NCBI GenBank assembly: GCA_044376695.1
Contig: JBILKM010000007.1
Location: forward strand, 10,752-74,751
Direction: 5' to 3'
Origin: Silvanigrellaceae bacterium
GTDB lineage: Bacteria; Bdellovibrionota_B; Oligoflexia; Silvanigrellales; Silvanigrellaceae
Length of the DNA: 64,000 nucleotides
A program made the position numbers and the translations under genes. Below are positions 53,948 through 63,803 of this stretch, piece by piece; position 1 is the first letter of the stretch; each line of letters begins with the position of its first letter. The notes beneath the pieces were generated by a model, which saw nothing but the letters and a program-made list of their open reading frames with translations, had not been told where the DNA came from and did no database searches.

Positions 53948-56005
53948 CTATCGTTTGGGGAACACGGTTGAAAGGTGTTTAGGCACGGTGTCCTGCAGGG
54001 ATTTTTCGACTGCAGTTTTGAGTTCCGTGATGCGGGAGGCGCCCATTGAATTGGTTTTCTCAGAGCTATGCGTAATCCCATAGGCATCGCTGTCGATGGC
54101 GTGCAGGAGTCTGTCGAGGGTCATGACAACAAAAAGGAAACTCTGTGGACCGAGTGCTCTACGCATGTCAGAGTCGGTGGTTTGTGCAAGCGCAGACAAA
54201 GCGAGAAGCTGATGAGCCTGTGGATGTTGATATAATTTCACGGAGGACGAGGTAGCAATGTGCTTGCTGAATGCCTCGAGCAGGAGTTGTCCTCGGATGA
54301 GCGCAATTGGATCCGACTGAATCTGTTGCGCAATAACTTCAAAATCAGGGCTAGCAAGGTAACTCCCTTGGCCAAAAAAATTCGGGTCAGTGAGGCCAGC
54401 AGACCTGAGAAGTTCGCCTGCGCGCGCAGAAGCTGCATCGAACAGAATTGGTTTGTGATTGAGTTGAGCGCGCTTAAGCGCAGCAGCTGCGAGTTCTGAA
54501 CAATAGAGTCTGTTGCTATCGCGTGAGTCGAAGCGGAAATCGTATCGAACATTCTGATTCATAAGGGATTCGAACGCAGCACGGATATTGCGCCGATCTT
54601 CAGAAGAGAGATTTCTCGGGCGCACGATTGTGAATCGATCCGCATGCAGGTCGAGCGGTGCTACCAGCATCCGTCCAAAATTCATTTCGACTGTATATGG
54701 TAGACCATCGTTGCCAAAGGTGACCATGACCAGATGGCTCAGCATAGAGCCCGAAAGAGTGAAGGTTTCCCAAAGGCCACCAATGGCTCCCGTTTGCAGC
54801 AAAACAATATCACCCTCCCGAAATTCAATCCCATTCATTTTGTAAACGAGTTCTTCGGGTGAGTTGGATGAACGGAACGTTTGCAGGATGTCTTTTCTCA
54901 ATTGCGCCTTTTGTTCATCACTGACGGACAGCAGGCCCACAATCGACTCTACTTGTTCATGAATTTCGCGCCATTTTTCGCGCGACCTGGTGAAGCGGGA
55001 TGGGATCTTGCGAATGTGATCGAAATAGTTTTGCAGCTCTTTCCATTGATTTTTGAAATCACGGAACAAGCTAGTATCGAATCCTTCGAGTATCGCCGGA
55101 CGAGTGTTCGGGACAAATGGAATTCCATCGGAGAGCTGTGCATTTTCACCGACCAGATCGGAAACTCTTGGGAGTCCTGCTTTGGCGATGGCATTCGCCA
55201 ATTCAATGCTCGGCTCTGTGATGAATCGTTGATAGAGGTTCAATCGCGCCAGAGAACCGCCGGAGATTGCGAGCAGCTCAATGGTAGCTGCATAGGCTTT
55301 GGTGTTTTTTGAAACTCGCCGCAGGATGGACACAAGCCTGCGTTCGTGGTCGGGGTGAATGAGCTGAGCGAGGCGATCGCGTGCAGACGAGTACGAGTTG
55401 TCGTCGTTGAGCTCAACTGCTTTTTCAAATTGATTGAGAGCCATCTCTGAAAAGAAATGTCGTGTGGCACTCAATGTAAATAGTAACTTCTCACTCCAGA
55501 GTAACCAAATTCCCTTATGTTGGGCGTCCGGGGCTCGGGAAGCGATGTCGAAGGTTTTTCTCTGTAATGCATCGAGTCTGCTGAGAATGGCTTCTGCTTC
55601 GGAAAAATTTTCTGTGATAGCGAGAGAGTCGAGCTCGGCGAGAATTCCCTTCATTTCCTGCTGCAGCAGATCGATGGGAAGCGACGGCTCTGAAAGTGAA
55701 TGCGTTTGAAAGCTCTCGAGCTTCGTTAGTGCCTGACTGGAATTCGATTTGCTGATTTCGCCTGTCTTGTTGAGGGGTGCTTGCGCCGAGGATCCTACTT
55801 GTGGCGGTGTGAAGGAATCCCGAACGATTTCAGATGGAGAGGCTGCTTGTGACTGCAGCTCTTCCTTTTTTGCATCATCCGAAGAAGATGAATTGCGGTT
55901 TGAATCCCATGCGCACGCGCTCAGCTGTCCGGCAATGAGGAGCGATAATGCAAACCCAGTCCAGCTCGGCGAGCTGAATGAAGGATGCTTTCCTGTGCGT
56001 TTCAT
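53948..56005 (-). CDS. Lipoprotein with a C-terminal permuted papain-like (YiiX/YaeF, C92-like) domain
   Basis: Lipobox QLSAC. C-terminal GDIVLLQTG...LSHLVMVTF...YTVEMNFG...YDFRFDSRDSNRLYCSELAAAAL resembles the YiiX family. ATGA overlap with the upstream gene. Confidence 0.55.
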   Translation of the reverse strand: MKRTGKHPSFSSPSWTGFALSLLIAGQLSACAWDSNRNSSSSDDAKKEELQSQAASPSEIVRDSFTPPQVGSSAQAPLNKTGEISKSNSSQALTKLESFQTHSLSEPSLPIDLLQQEMKGILAELDSLAITENFSEAEAILSRLDALQRKTFDIASRAPDAQHKGIWLLWSEKLLFTLSATRHFFSEMALNQFEKAVELNDDNSYSSARDRLAQLIHPDHERRLVSILRRVSKNTKAYAATIELLAISGGSLARLNLYQRFITEPSIELANAIAKAGLPRVSDLVGENAQLSDGIPFVPNTRPAILEGFDTSLFRDFKNQWKELQNYFDHIRKIPSRFTRSREKWREIHEQVESIVGLLSVSDEQKAQLRKDILQTFRSSNSPEELVYKMNGIEFREGDIVLLQTGAIGGLWETFTLSGSMLSHLVMVTFGNDGLPYTVEMNFGRMLVAPLDLHADRFTIVRPRNLSSEDRRNIRAAFESLMNQNVRYDFRFDSRDSNRLYCSELAAAALKRAQLNHKPILFDAASARAGELLRSAGLTDPNFFGQGSYLASPDFEVIAQQIQSDPIALIRGQLLLEAFSKHIATSSSVKLYQHPQAHQLLALSALAQTTDSDMRRALGPQSFLFVVMTLDRLLHAIDSDAYGITHSSEKTNSMGASRITELKTAVEKSLQDTVPKHLSTVFPKR

Positions 56006-56784
56006 TCATTGCTCCTGGTTGTTGGGGTTTTGCGCGTAGAACAGTTGGCTACAGAGCCCGATTGGATTCCGCTGTGTTCAAGTTCCGCCGCCGCGAGGTG
56101 CCGTGAGCGGAAGGTCTGAAATGGATAAGTGCCTTTTTCGCCCCTTGGCGCATAGCCGATGATGCTCTTGCAGAAGAACGATTTCACAAATCTTTCGAAA
56201 CGCACGAATTCCTGTGCAGCAGCCTCTGTGAAAGTCAGATTCACGCAGTTGATGATGATGCTGTATGGCGAGTGCCACATCTTCAAAATATTTTGTACTT
56301 TGCTGCGCAGGGTCAGGACGTCGGCAGCGCTTTCAAGATGAGTCTCGGCCAGAAAACTGATTTCCATGACGTGTGCATTGAAATCGTTGTCGATCTGGAT
56401 GCGGCTGCGCAGATCGGTGAGGTCGCGCTGCAAACCAGCACCCCGTGCAAGGCCAGTTCTGGCCACTGCTGCATCATATCCGGAGACGACCTCAAACGGA
56501 GACCATTCTGGCGCCTGTCCTTCCGAACAGAAGCCAATAATCGTCCGCATGAAGAAATTTTTAAAGAAGGCAATCAGCCTTTCGAAGTCTGGACGCAACT
56601 CGGGCGCAACTTCAAAAGAGCGGCAATCAAACAAACAGGTATAGGGCGAGTGCCACTTCTTGAGGTTTTCACTCCAGGCAGTCTTCAGGTCTGCAAGGTC
56701 GCTCTTGTTGGTCACCTTGAGTCCATCGGGGAAGTGCACTTCCACCACACGCGCGGACAAATGGTTCTCGAACTGAACGTTCAT
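56002..56784 (-). CDS. Hypothetical protein made of two tandem homologous domains of about 120 aa (WHSPY motif)
   Basis: The two halves align: ...LKKWHSPYTCLFDCRSF...FERLIAFFKNFFMRTIIGF versus ...LKMWHSPYSIIINCVNL...FERFVKSFFCKSIIGY. Confidence 0.55.
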   Translation of the reverse strand: MNVQFENHLSARVVEVHFPDGLKVTNKSDLADLKTAWSENLKKWHSPYTCLFDCRSFEVAPELRPDFERLIAFFKNFFMRTIIGFCSEGQAPEWSPFEVVSGYDAAVARTGLARGAGLQRDLTDLRSRIQIDNDFNAHVMEISFLAETHLESAADVLTLRSKVQNILKMWHSPYSIIINCVNLTFTEAAAQEFVRFERFVKSFFCKSIIGYAPRGEKGTYPFQTFRSRHLAAAELEHSGIQSGSVANCSTRKTPTTRSNE

Positions 56785-56829
56785 GGGCCCCTCATTCTCG
56801 TTTTTGCTGGGCCCACTCTATATACCGAG

Positions 56830-58278
56830 TCAGGACGGTGGGGAAGACAGTTTCTGGGCTTCTGAAAAACTAAGCAATTTCCTTAGGATCCATATCTTCC
56901 AGGGCTGCAGAGGACGGTAACGCACCGGGAGATCAAGCCAGAAGGGTCGTTTGAGGACAGACCGTTTGTGGCTGAAGGCATCGAAGCCACTGGCGCCATG
57001 ATAGGAGCCTTGGCCGCTCTCACCAACGCCGCCGAACGGCAATTGGCTCGTTGCGAGTTGAATGACGGTGTCGTTGACCACCAGTGAACCCGACTGGGTG
57101 CGGTTTTCAACCTTCTCAATAAAAGAATCGTCTGCGGAGAAAACGTACAACGCTAGCGGATGCTCATGGGAGTTGATGTAGTCAATCGCTTGATCGAGCG
57201 ACTCTAGAGCAACAATAGGAAGCAGCGGGCCAAAAATTTCTTCCTGCATCAGGGGAGCGTTTGCAGCCGTCGAGCCTTCCAATACGAAAAATGAGGGCTC
57301 GATCATGTTCGACTCGGGAAAAACGCGCCCTCCAGCCACAAGTTCTTTCTCGTGAGCTGCTGAAAGCGAGCTCAGCCGCGTAAAATGCTGCTTGTTGACG
57401 ATGCCGCAGAAAGATTCCGAGCGTTTGAAGCCCTCCGGGAACATTTCAGCGAGTTCTTTTTTGAGGGTCTTGAGCAGCGGTTCCACGTTTTCGCGCGGGG
57501 TTAAGATGTAGTCTGGCGCAACGCACGTTTGTCCTGCGTTGAGAGTCTTGCCCCAGAGGATACGGCGAGCCGTCACTTCTAGATCAGCGGTAGAATCGAC
57601 GATGCAAGGAGATTTGCCGCCCAATTCCAAGACGGTGGGGGTTAAGTACTGTGCTGCGGCTTTGGCGACAATTTTTCCGACCGTAGTGCTTCCGGTGAAG
57701 AAAATAAAATCCCAACGCAGTTCAAGCAATTTTTGGCTGACTTCAACACCACCAGCAACAGATTGAACCACATCATCTGGTAGATAACGGGCAATCAGTT
57801 GGCTCAGAAGTTGTGCGCTTCGCGGCGTTAGTTCCGAAGGTTTTAAGAGTGCACAGTTGCCAGCAGCAAGCGCTGAAACCAAAGGAGCGAGCAGAAGTTG
57901 CACGGGGTAGTTCCAGGGGCCAACGATAAGACAGACGCCGTAAGGTACCGGAGCTATGTAGCCACGCGATGGAAAAAGCACGAGAGGCATCCATTTACGA
58001 CGGGGCCTCATCCACTTTCTCAAATTAGCCTTTGCAGCGTGAATCTCTTCAATGACGACGCTCAGTTCGGCAACAATCGAATCTTCAACAGGGCGGCCCA
58101 GATCAGATGCGATAGCTGCACATATCTCGCTCTGGTTCTCTATGACCAGGTCTTCGAGACGCGACAGCAGAGCTCGGCGGGCAGCTTCGGTTTTGGTTTT
58201 TCCTGCTTGGAAGCCAGCGCGCAATTTGTTCTGCAGCGCTTGCAATTTTGAGAGATCAACGGAATGCTCTGAAATCAT
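56830..58278 (-). CDS. Aldehyde dehydrogenase (ALDH3-like)
   Basis: FTGSTTVGK, catalytic Glu in LELGGKSP, catalytic Cys in GQTCVAPDY, EEIFGPLLPIV. ATG 58278 chosen as the start. Confidence 0.92.
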   Translation of the reverse strand: MISEHSVDLSKLQALQNKLRAGFQAGKTKTEAARRALLSRLEDLVIENQSEICAAIASDLGRPVEDSIVAELSVVIEEIHAAKANLRKWMRPRRKWMPLVLFPSRGYIAPVPYGVCLIVGPWNYPVQLLLAPLVSALAAGNCALLKPSELTPRSAQLLSQLIARYLPDDVVQSVAGGVEVSQKLLELRWDFIFFTGSTTVGKIVAKAAAQYLTPTVLELGGKSPCIVDSTADLEVTARRILWGKTLNAGQTCVAPDYILTPRENVEPLLKTLKKELAEMFPEGFKRSESFCGIVNKQHFTRLSSLSAAHEKELVAGGRVFPESNMIEPSFFVLEGSTAANAPLMQEEIFGPLLPIVALESLDQAIDYINSHEHPLALYVFSADDSFIEKVENRTQSGSLVVNDTVIQLATSQLPFGGVGESGQGSYHGASGFDAFSHKRSVLKRPFWLDLPVRYRPLQPWKIWILRKLLSFSEAQKLSSPPS

Positions 58279-58308
58279 AAAATTCCCTGCGCAACTCACG
58301 GGGCTGCA

Positions 58309-58941
58309 ATGAAAATACTTTTTCTGTTTTACACGCAATCAGAGGCTGGTGCACCAGGTTTTTTGAGCCGCAACGGTGAAGAATCAGCGGGAAATTTGGC
58401 GCAGACACTGTTTGGATTTGCAAGTGAAACGTTGAAGTTGCCGCTTGATGATGCTTTTGATGTTCGTGCGCAGTCGCTCGCCGAGGACATTCGTTGGCGA
58501 GCTTTCAAGAAGCCCGAATCTTTCGAGCAGGCTATTCGCGCCGCGAGCCAATTCTATCCCGAGCTTTTGCTCTTTTCAGGCGAAGCAATCCGCAGTTTAA
58601 AGACAGCTGAGCCCGTGGCTCAGGCCTGTGCATTACCTGTGTGCGTCGATGCCCGTTTGGATCGCTGCAGCGAAGATAAGCCCGGACAAGGCATATTGGC
58701 TGAAGCTGTGCAAGATCTCATTTCCAAGCACGTTGATACCCTTTCAGATAAACCCCGAACGATATGGATCGCAACGTCTCAAAAGGCCTTGCTTGAATGG
58801 ACCTCGTCGCTCATGGATGCCAATAAATGGCACGAATTCTCTGAGGTTTTTGTGAAGAGCACCCTGAACGATACAATTCCTGCAGTTTTCGCCTGTGGAT
58901 ATGAAAAAACCGCGGACGGGCCGCGGTGGGTGATCGACTAA
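58309..58941 (+). CDS. Hypothetical protein
   Basis: 210-aa ORF with an ATG start, divergent from the ALDH gene. No secure motif. Confidence 0.45.
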   Translation: MKILFLFYTQSEAGAPGFLSRNGEESAGNLAQTLFGFASETLKLPLDDAFDVRAQSLAEDIRWRAFKKPESFEQAIRAASQFYPELLLFSGEAIRSLKTAEPVAQACALPVCVDARLDRCSEDKPGQGILAEAVQDLISKHVDTLSDKPRTIWIATSQKALLEWTSSLMDANKWHEFSEVFVKSTLNDTIPAVFACGYEKTADGPRWVID

Positions 58942-58970
58942 AAATCTTGCTTGGCCGCGGCGCTTGCCTG

Positions 58971-59558
58971 TTACAAGCGGGTGACCTTGAGCACTCCAAA
59001 AGGCAACGCAAGTTGTTCGGTTTTGCCTTTTTCGAGCTTGATGATGTTGTTGCCGAGGCGTTCAACCATCTCAAAGGCCTGCTCTTGCTGGGCTGCTTTC
59101 ATAGGAACTGGCCCTTTGGATGCGTTTTTGCGCACCGACTTAAGAAAGTACTTCACAGCCCACAGGCCCACGCGTCGTGGGAGCAAAACATGTTGGTCGC
59201 TGGGCAGGCGCTTCAGTTCGCCTTGCAGCTGTTGTGGAATTTGAAATCCACGCGGGGTCATTTTTGTCCACTGCACCTCAATCCAGCGACCACTGCCCCG
59301 GACTTTGTTCTTTTGGATAAAGAACTGGCTCGCGAATTTGGCGAGCAGCATGGGTACAAATGCCAGTGCTCCCCAATAGCTGTTGGTTGACAAGGCAAAG
59401 AGCAAAGCGACCAATCCCATGCTGATGAAGTCCTGGGCTTTAAAGCTCACCCCCGGCGAGGGTATTTTCTGCCACAGCTGGAATGCGAAAAAAATGAGCG
59501 CCATCAGTGTTGCAAGAACACCAAGAAGGACTTTGATGACAATAAGGAAAATTTCCAT
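58971..59558 (-). CDS. Hypothetical membrane protein (3 N-terminal TM segments)
   Basis: IFLIVIKVLLGVLATLMALIFFAF, ISMGLVALLFAL, GALAFVPMLLAKF. Basic C-terminal domain. Confidence 0.5.
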   Translation of the reverse strand: MEIFLIVIKVLLGVLATLMALIFFAFQLWQKIPSPGVSFKAQDFISMGLVALLFALSTNSYWGALAFVPMLLAKFASQFFIQKNKVRGSGRWIEVQWTKMTPRGFQIPQQLQGELKRLPSDQHVLLPRRVGLWAVKYFLKSVRKNASKGPVPMKAAQQEQAFEMVERLGNNIIKLEKGKTEQLALPFGVLKVTRL

Positions 59559-59714
59559 GATGCAATCGTTCCTCTGAGAAGCAATTGTGCGGGATCAGCA
59601 TATTGCTTGCGTTTCCGCTGAAGGCGCCAGGATTAACTTGCAAACATCTGTAATTGATGCCAGTTCCACAGGCGTCCGACTCGCAGTCATGTCTCTAGAA
59701 TAGGGACGTCAGTC

Positions 59715-61418
59715 ATGCAAGAAGCTTCGCGCTCTAAACCATCAAAATTTCTCCCGCGCTTGGGCGAGGGGCTCTCGCGCCTGCGTGGATGGGAAAATGA
59801 TTTCCGAATGTTGGCGTCTGGGCGTGGTTTCTCGGAGCTCAACCTGCCATTGAGCTTGCCCTCGAGCGAGTTTGTCAGTGGTCTCACTGGGGAAACCATT
59901 CTCCCGGGTGCCCCTCGATTTCTGGACACCAACGCCACTGCATGGTCCTTGCGCAGTGACCTCACCCTTTTTGCTGCTCAGTTTGTGCGTCGCCATAAAT
60001 CCGAGCTGCAATTTCCATTCAAACTCTTTTACTCCGGAAAAGTTTTCTCGCCTCAGGGACTCCTGGGTGCTGAGGGTTTCAGGCTTGGGCACGCATCCGA
60101 ATTTGAATCGTATGAATTTGGTGCGGAGATCGTTGGCCAGAAAGAGTTTGAAGCTGAAACCGAGCTCCTTGATCTTGCCCTAGACGCACTTCAAGGCTTT
60201 GGTTACCGGGGCCTGCGGGTCGTTTTCGGAGACGCACGCCTTCTGCGGAGTCTTGAAGAAGAAATTACAGCTAAAATTCCGGACGCAGCTCAGCGAAGCG
60301 CAAGCCTATCTCAACTCAAATCCGCGGTGCAGTGCAAAGATTTGGCCCAGCTCGAGGAAATTCTTGTCCGCAGTGGGCTGAACTCAAAGGCCGTTTGGGA
60401 AAATTCCGAAGTATACCGGAATCTGTTGTCAGTTGCTGCGGTCTTTCGACAGCGACACCCAAAGGTTCTCTTTCAAATTGACCCACTGCTGACCCGTCAG
60501 CGTTCATTTTACAGCGGCATTGTTTTTGATTTCTGGGCAGAGGACGCCGGCGGGCGGCTCCATTCCGTTGGTGGGGGAGGCCGTTACGACGAGCTCCTTC
60601 AACACTTCGGTCTCTCGGCTGCTGCCGCGGGTTTCATGATCCGCGACCCTCAATCAGCTGGTGTGCAAGATGATTTGCCGATTTCTCAACGTGCGCAGCA
60701 ACAGCAGTCTTCGCTCAGGCGGCCAGTGCGTGTGGCGTTGCCAAAGGGGCGCCTCCAGAAATGGGGTGTAGAGGCTTTTGCAAGGGTCGGAATTCGTCTT
60801 GCAGAAAATGCTGACACGACTCGAAAACTTGTGATTCCGAGTGAATGCGGTCGGTTTGAGTTTTTGCTTGTGAAGAATGCTGACGTTGTTTCCTACGTTG
60901 AACGCGGAATTGCTGAAATAGCAGTGGCTGGTTCTGATGTTCTCGATGAAGAAACCAACGCCCTTTTGCGCCCTGTGACCTTTGCTTTCGGTCGCTGCCG
61001 GATTTGCCTTGCCGGCAAACCTGAGCAGCGCGAAGTGATTTCCGGTTTGCGCCGCACTCGCATTGCAACCAAGTATCCCAATCTGGCAATGCGCTTGCTT
61101 CAAGCTCGTGGCTTAAATCCGGAGTTATTGCCATTGCAGGGAAGTGTTGAACTTGCCAGCGTGATTTCCTTTAGCGACGCCATTGTCGACCTGGTGGAAA
61201 CCGGTTCCACCCTGCGGGAAAACGGCCTCATTGTTTTTGAAGAACTGACCCAGACGCGTGTTCAACTTGTGATGTCCCGTGGATATTACGTTGAGTCTCA
61301 CGGTGACATCCGACATTGGCTCGCCCATTGGCGCGCATCTGCTTCCGTCGTTGATGCACACTTTGAACTTTTTACGCCTGAGGCTTTGCACCATGATCCG
61401 CACTCTGAAAAATCCTGA
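59715..61418 (+). CDS. hisZG: Fused ATP phosphoribosyltransferase: HisZ-like regulatory module plus short-form HisG catalytic module
   Basis: aa 1 to about 312 are HisRS-like HisZ (LRSDLT, FYSGKVF, EFGAEIVG, SFYSGIVFDF, GGGGRYDELLQHFG). A Q-rich linker follows. aa about 337-567 are HisG-S (VRVALPKGRL, VKNADVVSYVERGIAEIAVAGSDVL, ATKYPN, GSVELA, DAIVDLVETGSTLRENGL). Confidence 0.85.
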   Translation: MQEASRSKPSKFLPRLGEGLSRLRGWENDFRMLASGRGFSELNLPLSLPSSEFVSGLTGETILPGAPRFLDTNATAWSLRSDLTLFAAQFVRRHKSELQFPFKLFYSGKVFSPQGLLGAEGFRLGHASEFESYEFGAEIVGQKEFEAETELLDLALDALQGFGYRGLRVVFGDARLLRSLEEEITAKIPDAAQRSASLSQLKSAVQCKDLAQLEEILVRSGLNSKAVWENSEVYRNLLSVAAVFRQRHPKVLFQIDPLLTRQRSFYSGIVFDFWAEDAGGRLHSVGGGGRYDELLQHFGLSAAAAGFMIRDPQSAGVQDDLPISQRAQQQQSSLRRPVRVALPKGRLQKWGVEAFARVGIRLAENADTTRKLVIPSECGRFEFLLVKNADVVSYVERGIAEIAVAGSDVLDEETNALLRPVTFAFGRCRICLAGKPEQREVISGLRRTRIATKYPNLAMRLLQARGLNPELLPLQGSVELASVISFSDAIVDLVETGSTLRENGLIVFEELTQTRVQLVMSRGYYVESHGDIRHWLAHWRASASVVDAHFELFTPEALHHDPHSEKS

Positions 61419-62706
61419 GACCATCCTCGAGTTTATTCGTTCTCTCGAACAACGAGCGCCTTCTGAAGATCCGACTGTTCTTGCGCGTGTGCAGGGCATC
61501 ATCGGCCAGGTTAAAACGTCAGGACGCGGTGGATTGTTGAATCTTCGTGCTGAGCTTGAAAATATTCCCACCACGGAAAAGCTCACCTACAGCCATGAAG
61601 ATTTGCGCGATCTTGCTGAACGGTGTCCTGTACAGACACTTGATGTTATTCATCGCGCAATCGAACGGGTGCGCAGCTACCACCAGATCCAACGCGACGA
61701 AACGCGTTGGACGACCATCGGAAAAAGTAGATTCGCATCGCGTGTTCAACCACTCGACTCAGTTGCGCTCTATGTTCCAGGAGGCAAAGCATTTTATCCT
61801 AGCAGCGTGGTGATGGCTGCGGTTCCCGCTCAAGTTGCCGGTGTTGAGAGGCTTGCCGTCTTTACTCCGGGGCGCTCTTTGCAGGATCCCGTTTTTGCGG
61901 CCACCGTGTGTGCACTGAAGATTCCTGAAATCCATGCTGTGGGTGGAGCGCAAGCTGTTGCGATGGCTGCTTTTGGTATTGAAGGGGTTGCACGCTGCGA
62001 CAAGATTGTCGGCCCAGGCAATGTCTATGTGGCGACGGCCAAACAGTGCTTGGCTGGGCGTATTGGCATTGATGGTTTTGCAGGTCCTTCGGAAATCCTC
62101 ATTCTTGGGGATGGCAGTAGCAACCCAGAATGGATTGCACTCGACATGTTGGCTCAAGCAGAGCACGACGAAGATGCCAGTTCTATTCTCGTAACAACCA
62201 GTGTTGCCGAAGCCGAAGCTGTACAACAAGCCCTTGAGCGTCTGTTGGAAAAAATATGTCTCGATCGTTCTTCGATTGCGCGCACGAGTCTCGAAAAATG
62301 GGGTGCTCTTTGTGTGGTTGAGAGCCGCGATGCGCTCGTGCAGGTGGCCAACAGTCTCAATGCAGAGCATCTCCATGTGCAGACCCGCTGTGCACAGGAG
62401 CCTGAGGGGGAAAAGTACTGGCTCTCAGAGCTCAAAGGCGTGGGCGCTATTTTTCTCGGGCGTTGGAGCGCTGAAAGTTTCGGAGACTATCTCGCTGGAC
62501 CGAGTCATGTGCTTCCCACGGCTGGGACAGCACGTTTTTCATCGCCGTTGGGCGTCTATGATTTTGTGCGGCGTTCTTCGGTGTTGAGCCTCACGCAAAG
62601 TGATGTTCTCGATTTAGCTGAGTCCACAGGGATTTTTGCAGATGCAGAACAACTGTGGGCACATGCTGCCGCAGCGCGTGTGCGCGCAACAAGGAGCCAG
62701 CCATGA
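61393..62706 (+). CDS. hisD: Histidinol dehydrogenase
   Basis: YVPGGKAFYPSSVVM, GGAQAVAAMAFG-like GGAQAVAMAAFG, AGPSEILIL, AQAEHDEDA, GDYLAGPSHVLPT. ATG 61393 overlaps the hisZG end by 26 nt. Confidence 0.95.
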   Translation: MIRTLKNPETILEFIRSLEQRAPSEDPTVLARVQGIIGQVKTSGRGGLLNLRAELENIPTTEKLTYSHEDLRDLAERCPVQTLDVIHRAIERVRSYHQIQRDETRWTTIGKSRFASRVQPLDSVALYVPGGKAFYPSSVVMAAVPAQVAGVERLAVFTPGRSLQDPVFAATVCALKIPEIHAVGGAQAVAMAAFGIEGVARCDKIVGPGNVYVATAKQCLAGRIGIDGFAGPSEILILGDGSSNPEWIALDMLAQAEHDEDASSILVTTSVAEAEAVQQALERLLEKICLDRSSIARTSLEKWGALCVVESRDALVQVANSLNAEHLHVQTRCAQEPEGEKYWLSELKGVGAIFLGRWSAESFGDYLAGPSHVLPTAGTARFSSPLGVYDFVRRSSVLSLTQSDVLDLAESTGIFADAEQLWAHAAAARVRATRSQP

Positions 62707-63803
62707 GCATGTCAAGCAATAGAATGCATGAGCTCTTTCGAAGAGAGGCTCTCCGTTTTCCTCGATACACACTCAAGGAAAACGATACGGGCATACGTCT
62801 TCATCAGAATGAAACTCTTGGTTTAAGTGATGAAGAGAAGAAGGAGTTTGCACAGGTACTTTCCCAGGCTCTGTTGAAGTCGGAGAGCATCAACATTTAC
62901 CCGAGTCTTGAACCCACCCGGCTGTTGAAGGCTTATGCTGCGGCACTAGAGGTGCCTGAGGAGAATATCGAGGTTACATCCGGTAGCAGCCAAGCACTGA
63001 CGTTATTGGCGGAAGCTCTGTTTGCACCCGGGCGCAGGGTGGCAGTCACTCAACCGACGTTCTCGCTTTTCGCAAATCTGGTGCGTCTTTATGGCGCTGA
63101 GGTTGTGGACATCGAGCTCGATTCCTCGTTCAGCTTCGACCCCCTGAAACTTTTCTCCGCGGAGGTTCTCGGCTGCCAGGTTGCTATCGTGTGCTCACCC
63201 AACAATCCGACAGGCACTGTCTGCACGCCAGAAATGCTTTTGGAGTTTGCAGATCGTTTTAGCGGTCTGTTGGTTGTCGATGAAGCGTACGTTGAGTTTG
63301 CTCAGAATCCATTAAAGCAAAGTTTTGTGAAACAGGCTTTGCGCCGAGACAATGTTGTTGTGCTGCGCACTCTCTCAAAGGCTTGGGCGGCCGCGGGTTT
63401 GCGGGTTGGTGCCATGGTTTCACACAAAGACAACATTGCCTTGTTCCGTGCGCTCAAGCCACCCTATTCAATTGCCTGGCCATCCGAGGTCTTGGCGTGT
63501 CATGTGCTTGAACACAAGGTTGAACCGACACGCGCTCGTATCGCGCGCACAGTTGAGCAAAAAAATAGTCTAATGAGACTTCTGAGCGAGTGCAGTCTGG
63601 TCGAAATGCAGGCCGACTCGCAAGCTAACTTTGTATTCTTCACCACGCCTAAAGCTGAAGAGCTGGAATCTGCTTTGCTCGCAGCTGGATTTTTGGTGCG
63701 GCGTTATGGCTCCGGTCGCCTTGCACAGGCCGTCCGTATCAGCATGCCCCCGGAGAACGATTTTGAAAGACTTAAAAACATTTTGATTGAGGTGTTGCGA
63801 TGA
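62703..63803 (+). CDS. hisC: Histidinol-phosphate aminotransferase
   Basis: ATGA overlap with his[18 protein letters not shown], and PLP-lysine motif [16 protein letters not shown]. Confidence 0.93.
   Translation: MSMSSNRMHELFRREALRFPRYTLKENDTGIRLHQNETLGLSDEEKKEFAQVLSQALLKSESINIYPSLEPTRLLKAYAAALEVPEENIEVTSGSSQALTLLAEALFAPGRRVAVTQPTFSLFANLVRLYGAEVVDIELDSSFSFDPLKLFSAEVLGCQVAIVCSPNNPTGTVCTPEMLLEFADRFSGLLVVDEAYVEFAQNPLKQSFVKQALRRDNVVVLRTLSKAWAAAGLRVGAMVSHKDNIALFRALKPPYSIAWPSEVLACHVLEHKVEPTRARIARTVEQKNSLMRLLSECSLVEMQADSQANFVFFTTPKAEELESALLAAGFLVRRYGSGRLAQAVRISMPPENDFERLKNILIEVLR

Noticed and set aside
58309-58941. The N-terminus MKILFLFYTQSEAG resembles the start of histidine-phosphatase (PGM/SixA-like) proteins, with the catalytic RHG replaced.
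   Set aside because: The resemblance is limited to a few residues, and I could not identify the other motifs. It is too weak to call without a profile search.
59559-59714. I looked for a His-codon-rich leader peptide or attenuator, or a T-box, upstream of the his operon.
   Set aside because: There is no run of CAC/CAT codons, no short leader ORF, and no convincing terminator/antiterminator pair in the 156-nt region.
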